Positions 14,045 through 25,720 of a stretch of DNA of 64,000 nucleotides are shown here, in pieces. The notes beneath the pieces were generated by a model. It searched no databases. It was not told the origin of the DNA and worked only from the letters and a program-made list of their open reading frames with translations. Each line of letters opens with the position of its first letter. Positions within the stretch are counted from its first letter, which is position 1. A program made the position numbers and the translations under genes. The DNA is from Laetmonice hystrix (lineage: Eukaryota), in the NCBI GenBank assembly GCA_965235115.1, contig OZ249436.1, positions 2,234,001 through 2,298,000 on the forward strand, in the 5' to 3' direction.

Positions 14045-14411
14045 ACACGGTGGAATATTAGTGACTTATGTTAGGGTCAGCCAAAACACGGTGGAATACT
14101 AGTGACTTATGTTAGGGTCACCCATAACACGGTGGAATACTAGTGACTTCTGTTAGGGTCACCCAAAACACGGTGGAATATTAGTGACTTCTGTTAGGGT
14201 CACCCAAAACACGGTGGAATACTAGTGACTTATGTTAGGGTCACCCATAACACGGTGGAATACTAGTGACTTCTGTTAGGGTCACCCAAAACACGGTGGA
14301 ATATTAGTGACTTCTGTTAGGGTCACCCAAAACACGGTGGAATACTAGTGACTTATGTTAGGGTCACCCAAAACACGGTGGAATACTAGTGACTTCTGTT
14401 AGGGTCACCCA
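14045..14411. repeat. Minisatellite, 41 bp x about 9, with decayed units upstream (about 13940-14045)
   Basis: AACACGGTGGAATACTAGTGACTTATGTTAGGGTCACCCAA. Confidence 0.95.
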
Positions 14412-14482
14412 TCGCAAAGTGAAAAGTGAGGCCTTGTGACCCATTTATTGACGGCCTCGTAATGGAAGCTACCAGTGTGAAA

Positions 14483-14783
14483 TCACGTGACCCGTCAATA
14501 ACGTCACAAGCCAGCGAGATGACGTATTAAAAGAACAGTCGTACGCACATAGTTTTATAGGACGCGTTCCCAGAGTGTGTTATACGTCATGTTTACTCGA
14601 TAACTCTCAGAAAACAAAAGTGGCCAATATGGGATGAAAAACCACAGATATGTGTGATTTTTACAGGCGGAAACGTCTGACGTGAGATCTTCTACCATAA
14701 TGGCACGTTCAGCAGTGCCGGTGTATAAGTGAACCCTGACCGAGATATTACCCGTGACTATTCAGGTAATAGCAACAGTCAAA
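14483..14783 (+). promoter_or_regulatory. Candidate promoter/5'UTR of the giant exon
   Basis: TCACGTGA at 14483; CRE half-sites at about 14501, 14520, 14584 and 14678; CCAAT at about 14624; TATAAG at about 14724. Alternatively an acceptor TTTTTACAG ending at about 14666. Confidence 0.3.
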
Positions 14784-17648
14784 ATGGGCAACACGTACAG
14801 CGTTCTTTGCCCGGGCATGCTGCCCTCATATCTCATTCCAGGATTTGCAAAAAATGCCAGTTCTCCTCACCCTCCCCCGTCGACGAAGAAGACACCGGAG
14901 GGTGTTGAATGGGAGGACTGGGACTCAAGTGACGAGGATAAACCGCGGAGTAAGGTTGTTCCAAGGCCTGTAGTAGTGTCCACCACGGCCACTGGGGGCG
15001 TGACGACTCAGCTGGCCGGTAGAGGGCGCGGTGCAGCCTTGGTGGACGTTGACCTGGATAAAATCCGTTATTGCGGTTACAATGCTGACGAACATGGCTG
15101 GGGCAGTGACGACAGTGACGTCAGTTGTATGGAGGCGCCACCTCTCATCACGGTGGAGGCGGACATCTCTCCGGAGGCGGACCTCCAGTCATCCTCCAGG
15201 TCGCCTAGCCTTACTGGAGGCTCAGAGAGTGGCCTGGAGGACTCAACACACATGGATGTATATGTCCGTAGGGAGTACGCCAATGGCGTCGCTCTCCGAG
15301 CAGAGCCCGCTGACTTGTTCTCTAAACTGTCCAATGAGAACCTTGCTAGTCCTTCACCTCCCCAGCGGCGCCGCCATTCCGCGCGCAGCAGCGAAAGCTC
15401 CGACTATAACGAAGAAAGTGACCGAAGCTTGATATTCAATCCCTCCGACTTAGACTCCTTCAGTGACATTCGTGAAACTGCTATACTTGACGACGACTAC
15501 GGGGAGGAAGGCGATGAGGAGGAAGGTAGCTATGACAGTGGTGCTAGAGCACGGACTCCTGAAAGTGATTTGGGTTACCACAAAACCCGCTACACAATCC
15601 TCAGTGATTCTGAACCGTCAGTGAGGACGTTCAGTGACAGCGAGGACCAGCGCTCAGTGAGGACAGTTAGCGAGGACGACGAGGATGAGGACATACGCTC
15701 CGTTAGGTCCGTGAGGTCCTTCAGGTCGGTAAGCGATCAGGAGGACTCGAGGTCTGACAGGACTACCAGTGGTAACGAGGACGAGGACCGTTCTCAGAGG
15801 ACGATCAGTGATAACGAGGACGATTCCTCGCTCTTAACGAGCAGTTACCACGAGGACCTACCCTCAGTGCGGACAGTCAGTGATCATGAGGATCACGAGG
15901 ATGACTTCTCGTCCTCCCACACGGGCGGGTCGGTGCGGGCAGCCTCGGATATCGAGGAGGTGCTTTCCCCGCTTACCCTCACCGACAGCGAGCAGGAGGA
16001 GGCCGGCCACAGCCCCTCCGTGGCCTCAGTCACCCTCAGAACGACCCAGCCGGGGGTCTGCCTCGAGGAGGTTGAGGAGGTAGAGGGATTGGCCCGATTC
16101 AGTGGCAGTGAAGGGGATACAGATACAGCCCCTACCGACCTCCCGGGAAGTGTCCTGGTACATGGAATCAGCAGTGAGGATGACAGTGACAGTGATAGTG
16201 AGTGGGAAATGCGTGATGTCTGTTTGAAGCAACAAAGTGAGTCATTAGACAGTGAGCATGATCTCGCTCAGCCTCAAACCGAAGCTCAAGTAGACACTCA
16301 AGACAGTTTCACTACGCGATTTGAACTTGAACCTGAGTTCACCTCACTGCAGTCTGTCCAAGAGCCCCAACCCATGGCTGTAATGCCATGGGCAAGTGGA
16401 ACTATTGCTCAAGAACAAAATACTGGGAACGAGACTCAACAGGATAGGAGAGTGGAAATCACAGACGATAAGATTGCACCACAAGCTGTGCAACAGCATG
16501 AAGCTGAGCACCTGCCTCAGCATGTGCAACGACCAGAAGCTCAGCCCAAGGCTCAGTTGGAGCAGCAGGAACAGAGTGAGCGCGGAGCTCAGATTGAGCA
16601 GCGCACATTTACTCAGCCCTTGGCTCAGCCAGTGCAACCACAAGAAGCTCAGCCCATACCTCAGCCAGCACGCCAACCATCGCCTCAGCCCAAGCCTCAA
16701 CCCGTGCAGCAACCAACTCCTCAACCCAAGCCAAAACCTATGCAAGAACCCGCACCTCAGCCCAAACGACAGGTGTCGCCACCAAAACCCGAACCTCAGC
16801 CTGAACCCCAGAGCTGGTCAGATTACTTCAAGGAGAAACTCAAAAAGGGCAGCGACCCTATCATTGAGACGACCAGTAGCTGGACTTCAATGTTCTGGGG
16901 TAAGAAGCCAGACCCCCCACCTCCTCGACCAGCCCCCAGTGGGCGGGCGACCCCAGTCCAACCCTCCATTGCCTCGACCCCACCACGGACACAGACCCCC
17001 CAGTCTGAACTTTACTACGACTCGAGGAAGGCGTCGGTGGATACAGTCTCAGAAACGGATACAGAGACATACGAGGCATCCTTCTCGGAGAGGGAGGAGG
17101 ACTTGCCAGCGGAGACCAAGGGCTGGGGTAACCTATTCAAGGAGAAAATGAGTATGGTGGCAGCTCCGATCGGGATGTTAGCAGGGTTCATGGACCAGGA
17201 GGGCAGCCCTGAACACATGGGTGCCCGTCCCAAGGAGAGGCACCCGTCGACAGCCACCACGATCACCACCCAGTCGGAGAGCGAGGTGAGCCCAGAGCGG
17301 AGACCAAGCGAGGAGGGCGCTGGGCGCTGGCCGGCCGGCGAGGAGGGCGCGGAGGGTGGAGCTGAGCCGGGAACTGAACCGGAAGCTGAACCGGAAGCTG
17401 AGCCGGGGGCTGAGCCGGCGGAGAAGACTGATAATGATGGTATCGAGCAGCGGACTACAGATGGAAACAAACTTAAAACACGGAAACTGTTTAGGATACA
17501 AGACAGTTCTGATGCAGATTCATTTGATGCAGACACCGAAAGCCCGGAGCAGCAAGCTCCCTTGGAGAGTGCCCCTTCCTTCCGGAAGGGGAAGTCCTTA
17601 TGGAGTACGATTATTGCCAAGCGAATTACAGAAAGGGCAGAAGAAAAG
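14784..17648 (+). CDS. Giant coding exon (955 codons, 3'-partial gene) for an acidic, Ser/Pro/Gln-rich, probably intrinsically disordered N-terminal region; gene not identified
   Basis: Non-tandem ORF 14754-17684. First ATG at 14784 is in a strong context (AAAATGG). A phase-0 donor GAAAAG|GTAGGT at 17648/17649 lies 11 codons before the in-frame stop. Composition is protein-like (D/E/S tracts, PQ tract). No domain recognised. Confidence 0.8.
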
Positions 17649-17939
17649 GTAGGTCGTTCAGTACCTGAGTCAAAGTTTATGTGACAAAGGTTTTCTAAGG
17701 TCATGAACAAAGATACCTTACAAGGTTTCAGCTCTCAAGAAGAGCAAACCTTGAAGAATATGTTTGATTGATTGCATTGACCGAGTGTTTTCTTCCAGAC
17801 TGATGGTTTCCTTTTACAATGTTCAGGTGCAGATAACTTGTTGTATCCATGATGGGTTCCTTACCAATCCTACAATGATGGGTTCCTTACCAATCCTACA
17901 ATATATGCAGGAGTTGGATGATGGGTTACTACAGGCCTG

Positions 17940-18045
17940 GGGCCTGCTTTAAAGGTCCTCGTTAATAACGGAGTTATTAACGAGGTTCCCATTCAGATAC
18001 ATTAACGATAATCGTTGGATAACGATAAATTAATCAGACTGGGCC
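17940..18045. mobile_element. Small MITE with GGGCC ends flanked by CTG, Harbinger-like
   Basis: CTG|GGGCC...GGGCC|CTG; internal perfect hairpin CCTCGTTAATAAC-GGA-GTTATTAACGAGG; inverted diverged homologue at 20567-20664. Confidence 0.55.
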
Positions 18046-18990
18046 CTGTATGGTGCGTACAGGTTAGCTGTCGTAATGGTGACCGCCATTACGGAGTGTT
18101 GGTGAAGGGGCACCTGCAGCGCCAGGCTGCTGCTCCCTTCATCAAACACACCTGTATGGGATGACCGTGCAGAGGAATGCCCACATACCTTAACCTGATC
18201 TTTACCTACATGTCAGCGCAAGGAATACACCGTATATTATATTATAGTATATTATATAGCGGAATGTAAATCAGCATTGCAGGGTTTTCCACTCACAGAC
18301 GGCGGCCAGGGATCGGCCGCTCCATCTAGATTCAGGGGAACCCCTTCTTGGAATATTGACAGTATGTGATTTCCCCAAGGGAAAGTCTCCCTCCGAGATA
18401 GCCTGGGGAACAAACAAGGGTTGTTAGTAGGGGTGAATATTTAATGTCGTGGTTGTGTAATAACAGCAGTGCACACTGTTGGAGGAAGCCTATACCGTGT
18501 TTCGGGACAATCAAATCTAAATATACGGCGTTCACCCTGTATATGTTATGTTTCACACCAGGAGGGTACAGTGGGAGTTCACTACAGCTAGACGTCAAAC
18601 TATGGTACTTTGTTAACCGCTAAACACTGCAGCAAAAATGGTATAATTGTTCCTCATTCATGTTGTTTTCCAGAAGAGAAATGATTTATGAAGAGAAATG
18701 TGTAATGATAGGGTACATAATATAAACTTAAACACACAGGGAAATGATCCAGATATCCAACGTTTGAGGACGTAAGTAGTGGTGTATGTAAGTTGAATGA
18801 GCTGGAGTCATGAATAGATGTGATGAATAGATTGTGAGAGAGACGGAAAGTTGGCCCAGGCTCGAGTGGCTCGAGTGACTTGGCGTCGTGCCTTGGTGAT
18901 ACTCCATCACAGTAAATGGGTACCTGTGTCAGTAATGGATGGCAGTGAAGGGATTAGACGGGGTGATAATCTTGATTCTCATAATGAAGT

Positions 18991-19215
18991 GGCTCACAGC
19001 TGAAGGCCCTGGTCCAGGTCGGGGAGGGGCTCACAGCTGAAGGCCCTGGTCCAGGTCGGGGAGGGGCTCACAGCTCAAGGCCCTGGTCCAGGTCGGGGAG
19101 GGGCTCACAGCTCAAGGCCCTGGTCCAGGTCGGGGAGGGGCTCACAGCTCAAGGGCCTGGTCCAGGTCGGGGAGGGGCTCACAGCTCAAGGCTCTGGTCC
19201 AGGTCGGGGAGGGGG
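18991..19215. repeat. Minisatellite, 37 bp x6
   Basis: GGCTCACAGCTCAAGGCCCTGGTCCAGGTCGGGGAGG. Confidence 0.95.
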
Positions 19216-19408
19216 AAGGAGATGGCCACGCTTTCTTCATTAGGCGCCGTCTCCTTGTGTGAGGTAAGGAGACAGTAGGAGACAGTCACGGAGACAAGGA
19301 GACAGTCACGCAGACAAGGAGACCAATGATGTCCCTATAATTATGACATGGTCTCCGCGTTAACATAGGTCTACGGTTAGACTCCCTCTTCCTCTGGCCT
19401 GGTAGGCC

Positions 19409-19800
19409 TACAAGGTGTATATTCTAGAGTTTGGTCCTCATATAGTTTATGCCTGGGCTGGTACAAGTTGTAGATTCTAGAGTTTGGTCCTCATATAGTT
19501 TATACCTGGGCTGGTACAAGTTGTATATTCTAGAGTTTGGTCCTCATATAGTTTATAGCTGGGCTGGTACAAGTTGTATATTCTAGAGTTTGGTCCTCAT
19601 ATAGTTTATACCTGGGCTGGTACAAGTTGTATTCTAGAGTTTGGTCCTCATATAGTTTATACCTGGGCAGGTACAAGTTGTATATTCTAGAGTTTGGTCC
19701 TCATATAGTTTATACCTGGGCTGGTACAAGTTGTATTCTAGAGATTGGTCCTCATATAGTTTATACCTAGGCATGTACAAGTTGTATATTCTAGAGTTTG
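19409..19800. repeat. Minisatellite, 51-53 bp x about 7
   Basis: TACAAGTTGTATATTCTAGAGTTTGGTCCTCATATAGTTTATACCTGGGCTGG. Confidence 0.95.
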
Positions 19801-19938
19801 ATCCTAAGACAGGTGTGTGGGCTGACACAAGCACATATTGCCGCCGTACACTGTCAGGACATTACACAACTCCCGACTGCCGACCGACCCTCGTACACTC
19901 TTACGATTATCGGCTCCCGATCCATGCAGTGTGGGTGG

Positions 19939-20067
19939 CCTGGGCCCGGTCCACAAAGTCAAGTCAATTTTTATTGACTTGAATCAATTTTACTTTAATC
20001 TTTTTGGTTAAAATGGATTTCAAGTTAATTAAAATTGACTTGACGTTGTTTGTGAACCGGGCCCAGG
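19939..20067. mobile_element. Foldback MITE (129 bp), PIF/Harbinger-like ends
   Basis: CCTGGGCCCGGTCCACAAA / TTTGTGAACCGGGCCCAGG (18/19), with further inverted GTCAAGTCAATTTT arms. Confidence 0.7.
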
Positions 20068-20102
20068 AGAACCAACGACAGTCGGCCGTCGTCGGGAACC
20101 AT

Positions 20103-20253
20103 GCACACTGTCCCGATTTTGGTCAACTCCCGGGCCGCTGGGCTCCCGATTCGTTTTACGAATCGGCTACGATTTGCTCTTCAGTCGGGAGCGGTCGGGA
20201 GCAGTCGGTAACCATGGTTACCGGCTCGAGTTGGGCAAAATCGGGAAAGTGTA
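20103..20253. mobile_element. Degenerate inverted-repeat (MITE-like) element
   Basis: CACACTGTCCCGATTTTGGTCAACTC versus GAGTTGGGCAAAATCGGGAAAGTGTA; internal CCCGA/TCGGG subrepeats; related sequence at about 19845-19935. Confidence 0.45.
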
Positions 20254-20566
20254 GGTAGACAAGTGTTGTCTGGTCCGGGACAAGGTGTATATTGTAAAGG
20301 CTTGTCTTGAAGAGGGCAATATCAAACAGAAAGCAACCAGACAACCATAATAGCACGGGCTTTGGTTACCGACCTCCTAGACAGACAAGTAGAGTGGGGT
20401 GGATTATTAGTGTAACAAGCTGGGGCCTCCTCTGATGTGGAGTGCATGCATGTAATACAGTAATAGCACGGAAAGTTAGAACACTTAGTGGCCGGGTTTG
20501 AGGGGGAATACTAAACACGAGATGTCCAATAATCGTCTTGTAAGACTTCAGGCTGAGATGTTGGTC

Positions 20567-20664
20567 CTGGGGCCAGTCTTACTGAGCTGCCTGTTATTAA
20601 CGATTTCGTTAACGTGTATAGAATGAGAGGCTACTCGTTAATGAATCGTTATTAACGAGTAACC
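20567..20664. mobile_element. Diverged, truncated inverted copy of the 17940-18045 MITE
   Basis: Collinear by eye with the reverse complement of 17955-18048 (GGGCCAGTCT...TCGTTAA...GAATG...CTCGTTAAT...CGTTATTAACGAG). Confidence 0.55.
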
Positions 20665-21215
20665 TTCTGTTCATTCCTACAAAACTTAACGGAGATCCTC
20701 ACTGCCGGATCTCTGCGGGAGTTATTCGATATTTTCTCCGTTTTCGAGTCCTTCTGATCAAATAATTGAGCTGGAATAAACCAACGCAATTAACGGGCAT
20801 TGAAAGCACCATCATTATGCTCTCTCATAGAGGATGGCCGCACAGACATTCCTATTTCATGTCCAGTAATTTGTATTCACAATGAGTTTTATCACCAAAC
20901 CACCCGTACACTGCCTGACCACCCCATACCGCCCATAAAACAGGGTTTGTGACAACACCATTCATCTCAACGGAATTATTCATCACAACTTGAAAAGGTT
21001 GAAATGTAAAGATAGAACTTTGAAGTGCATCTTGGGTGGTGCCCCCTAGGGGACATTGAAGAAACCAATTAGGGAGATGTGTACATGTCGGACATGCGCA
21101 GTTAAAGCCCCTGTTTACTGCAGCCCACTCACGTTCTGTTCGCCGGGCTAACAGTGCTGTCAGAGTGTATGTGGGTGCTCCTCCCTGATAGGTCTGTCTG
21201 TACACCCAACATTTC

Positions 21216-21539
21216 ATGTCTGAGGCCGGTCTTACAAACGATGGTGGGCGCCTGGTACATTACTACCATATACTCAGCTATCATTGTATGACTGAGGCCG
21301 GTCTTACAGACGACGGTGGGCGCCTAACATTACGACCGTTCATATTCAGCTATCATTGTACGACTGAGAACGGTCTTACAAACGATGGTGGGCGCCTGGT
21401 ACATTACGACCGTTCATACTCAGCTATCATTGTACGACTGAGGACGGTCTTACAAACGATGGTGGACGTCTGGTACATTACGACCGTTCATACTCAGCTA
21501 TCATTGTACGACTGAGGACGGTCTTACAAACGATGGTGG
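21216..21539. repeat. Minisatellite, about 72-74 bp x about 4
   Basis: GACTGAGGACGGTCTTACAAACGATGGTGGGCGCCTGGTACATTACGACCGTTCATACTCAGCTATCATTGTAC. Confidence 0.9.
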
Positions 21540-22968
21540 TACGGTACAGCTGTTCAGATCCCTACGTACACCTGTAGTTCGGTGAGAAATCATGAGAGAG
21601 AGAGATAGAAATATTTATAGGCATTGGTCCAGGGTGATAAATATTACACGTGACTGATTCAATCAATGCCGGCCTTGTACAGAGAGTTCTAGATATACCG
21701 TATGGACCTCCAGGTGAAGATAGAAGATTGAATATAATGTGATACATAATCACGAACCAGTTCAGTCAGGTGTGACTTAAGTGTTTTCATCTCTTGATAA
21801 TATCTAGCCATCTATTCATATAACGAACGTAAGTCTCGTGACCTAGTTGTATTAATGTTATGCAAATGAGGCCAAAACAGCATGGCTGACGACATACAGC
21901 ATTAAATACGGCACAATTCCCCATTGGTTTAACATAGGGTGAACGTACACCTCTCAAAATATTGCCCTGATTTCTTGACAGTTATAGATAATATTTCTTA
22001 TGTAAGAAATTATTCTAACATAGAACATTTTGGTCCTGCTGCATTGTAAGTTTGATGAATAAGAAAACAATAATTGTGGCGTTATGACGGGTTGAGAGTG
22101 GGCCTACCAAAGCTAACCGGAACCAGAATTTGTATGTCCCCGCATTTCTCATCGAAACGCGTATTGTATCATGACATACTTACGCTCGCTTTATCAAAGA
22201 AGCGAGGATATTTCTTGTTGTCCCATCTAGTTCTCATTGCCAGTGAAGAAGTTTTTCATACAGGTTATTACCGTCATAATCTCGTCATTGATTCCTCTAT
22301 ATACTGTGTAACGTAGGACGTGGAGGGTGTTTGAGTGATATATCCTGGCAACTTTTTGTCGATTTCACCCTCCTGGGAGCGTGTTATTACTTCAAGAGGC
22401 TCCCCTCTGATGGCTTCCATCCTGACTTGTCCTTTCTACTTGAAATGTATGTTATTTGCCGAGCGTCTGGCTTACGTTGAGGCCAAATGGACGGAATCAA
22501 TACGCGGTCTCGTGTGGGCTCCAACCATGGTGTTCAACACCATTGTGTGGATGACAGCCCAATCAGCTGCAATTACTGTGTTCAACTGACAACACCGTTA
22601 AAGTGTTTTTTTAATCTTCATTGTGCCGTTTGTTGCAGGCAGAAACGCTGTATATGATTGAACTGACATTGCCAAGTGGATACCTGATACATATCAGTTT
22701 TCTACCTGGGTTTATTTTTGCCCGTGCCTGTGAGCATACCTGTGGATGGTGTGGGTGGGAGGGGGTCTGTCAATGTGAACGTTAGGAGACAGGCGGTAAG
22801 CGAGAGCTGGCTGACCCATCGTGTAGTCATTTCACCCTCACAATATGCGTCAGCAATGGTTTATCTTGATTGCCTGTCAGCATTCCGCTACGACTAAATA
22901 TGATCCAACTGTTCGCTTCTTTTATTTCTGTTTGTCCGTATTCAGCAATTACAGAGGCGTGGTCTGAT

Positions 22969-23268
22969 GGGAGAGAGACAGGGAGAGAGAGGGAGAGACA
23001 GAGAGAGGGGCAGAGAGGGAGAGGGAGAGACAGAGACAGAGGAGAGAGGGAGAGAAAGAGCTAGAGAGAGAGGAGGAGAGAGAGACAGAGAGACAGAGAG
23101 ACAGAAACAGGGGAGAGAGAGGGAGAGACAGGCCCAGACCTGTATGACGGTCCTGGGTTACTCGGTACTGACCCAGACCTGTATGACGGTCCTGGGTCAC
23201 TCGGTACTGACCCAGACCTGTATGACGGTCCTGGGTCACTCGGTACTGACCCAGACCTGTATGACGGA
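22969..23268. repeat. Imperfect (GA)n/GAGACA microsatellite (22969-23131) abutting a 39-bp minisatellite x about 3.5
   Basis: CCCAGACCTGTATGACGGTCCTGGGTCACTCGGTACTGA unit from 23133. Confidence 0.95.
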
Positions 23269-23817
23269 CCTGCCAGTTGGTTAGTTGGTTGATTGACCAC
23301 GACAGACAAGGCTAATGGCCAGTGTCTCAGTGGACCTGAGAACATCTGTAGTCAGGTTTGTCCTGTTACTATTGACAAGACCTGAATAGTCTATTTCACA
23401 GACACGTTGACGGGAGGTGATAACAAGTACGGTTCTGTCAACGGACTGAACGTATCCACAATTTAAAGGGATCCGTTATTTTCCTGTTTGTAGATTACAG
23501 AAATCTAACCTTTTGTCTAACTGATTAAAAGATTATTAGCGACCCATTTCCACTTCATAACCATTGATATGTAGTGTTCACATCACATACATCAAGCGTT
23601 TTTATGAATTAATTAGAACATTTGTGTTAATTAATCTGTCAGAAACGGCCTGATTGGGAAGTGGTGTTGATATTTCCTGATGAGCAGTTTACCATAGATA
23701 AACGTGCTGGGTTGACTGTGTATTGTGATGACAATTGTCAGATGTACAGTAGGTATGAGGGCTGTCACAGTACACATGTTGTTGGCAGTAAGACATGGGT
23801 ATCACCTCCTATATTCT

Positions 23818-24955
23818 CATGGTCAGTGTGGACACAGAACATGGCCAGTGTGGACACAGAACATGGTCAGTGTGGACACAGAACATGGTCAGTGTGGACA
23901 CAGAACACGGTCAGTGTGGACACAGAACATGGTCAGTGTGGACACAGAACACGGTCAGTGTGGACACAGAACATGGCCAGTGTGGACACAGAACATGGTG
24001 TGGACACAGAACACGGTCAGTGTGGACACAGAACATGGTCAGTGTGGACACAGAACATGGTCAGTGTGGACACAGAACATGGTCAGTGTGGACACAGAAC
24101 ATGGTCAGTGTGGACACAGAACATGGTCAGTGTGGACACAGAACATGGTCAGTGTGGACACAGAACATGGTCAGTGTGGACACAGAACATGGTCAGTCTG
24201 GACACAGAACATGGTCAGTCTGGACACAGAACACGGTCAGTGTGGACACAGAACACGGTCAGTGTGGACACAGAACACGGTCAGTGTGGACACAGAACAC
24301 GGTCAGTGTGGACACAGAACACGGTCAGTGTGGACACAGAACACGGTCAGTGTGGACACAGAACACGGTCAGTGTGGACACAGAACATGGTCAGTCTGGA
24401 CACAGAACATGGTCAGTGTGGACACAGAACACGGTCAGTGTGGACACAGAACATGGTCAGTGTGGACACAGGACATGGTCAGTGTGGACACAGGACATGG
24501 TCAGTGTGGACACAGAACATGGCCAGTGTGGACACAGAACATGGTCAGTGTGGACACAGAACATGGTCAGTGTAGACACAGAACACGGCCAGTGTGGACA
24601 CAGAACACGGTCAGTGTGGACACAGAACACGGTCAGTGTGGACACAGAACATGGTCAGTGTGGACACAGAACATGGCCAGTGTGGACACAGAACATGGTC
24701 AGTGTGGACACAGAACATGGTCAGTGTGGACACAGAACATGGTCAGTGTGGACACAGAACACGGTCAGTGTGGACACAGAACACGGTCAGTGTGGACACA
24801 GAACACGGTCAGTGTGGACACAGAACACGGTCAGTGTGTACACAGAACATGGTCAGTGGGGACACAGAACATGGTGTGGACACAGAACACGGTCAGTCTG
24901 GACACAGAACACGGTCAGTGTGGACACAGAACATGGTCAGTGTGGACACAGAACA
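23818..24955. repeat. Minisatellite, 22 bp x about 52
   Basis: CA(T/C)GGTCAGTGTGGACACAGAA. Confidence 0.97.
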
Positions 24956-25463
24956 CAGAGATTGGCTCAATGACTAAACCATGATGAGAGGACGGGGGGG
25001 CGAGCGGGGAGGCCGAGTCGACCTACCCTGGCTGTGAAATCAGAGAGACATGGTCAGCATGTAGATGAGGCCGGCGGGGGACGAGAGGTAGCGTGGGAGA
25101 TGAGGATGACATGAGGAGGGGTGGGAGGGGGTGGATGCTGCGGAGACAGGAGCCAGGGATCAATACTGTGGTGGATGATGGGGGATATAGGGGGCGCCAC
25201 TGCATGGTGTGATTTGATGGCTGCTGTCCTAAACCCGCCGAGGTCAGCCCGCTAACACCCCCACCCCCACCCCCCCAACACCTCAACAATACCTTCATAT
25301 CACGGTTTATGGTTTTCATCATCTGTTGTCATCGCAACGATTTTCAGCCCCAATTGAATGTGAATCCACAATGTAAGACATATGTACCCCAAGATAAATG
25401 TGAATCCACAATGTAAGACACAATAAATGTGAATCCACAATGTAAGACAAGAAAAATGTGAAT

Positions 25464-25720
25464 GGGTATTGGGGGTTTTACGCCTTGCAACAGCCAGGGT
25501 CATATCACGGCGGTGAAGATGATGATGAAAGTCAGTTTTTCTTGGTGGAGGAAACCGGAGTACCCGGGGGAAACCACCGACCATCGGGAAGGAACTGACT
25601 GACAAACCTTTCACACATGCAGCCCAGGCCGGGGATAGAACCCTGATCGCAGCGGTGTGAGGCGATGGTCCTAGGCGTCATGAGCCAACACCTTAGACCA
25701 TTCCGCCACCCGAGGCCCCC
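25464..25720 (-). mobile_element. tRNA-derived SINE (257 bp) with 11-bp target-site duplication
   Basis: Minus strand begins GGGGGCCTCGGGTGGCGGAATGG (Pol III A box) and has GGTTCTATCCC (B box). Central GGTTTCCCCCGGGTACTCCGGTTTCCTCCACC resembles the conserved V-type SINE domain. AAAATGTGAAT at 25453-25463 and 25721-25731. Confidence 0.85.

Noticed and set aside
15031..17710. Alternative-frame and antisense ORFs overlapping the giant exon
   Set aside because: These are expected shadows of a long GC-rich coding exon.
23661..24984. ORFs of 304-419 aa in three + frames
   Set aside because: These are translations of a 22-bp stop-free minisatellite.
25640..25720. Functional tRNA gene
   Set aside because: A and B boxes are present, but they form the head of a TSD-flanked SINE with no clear cloverleaf.
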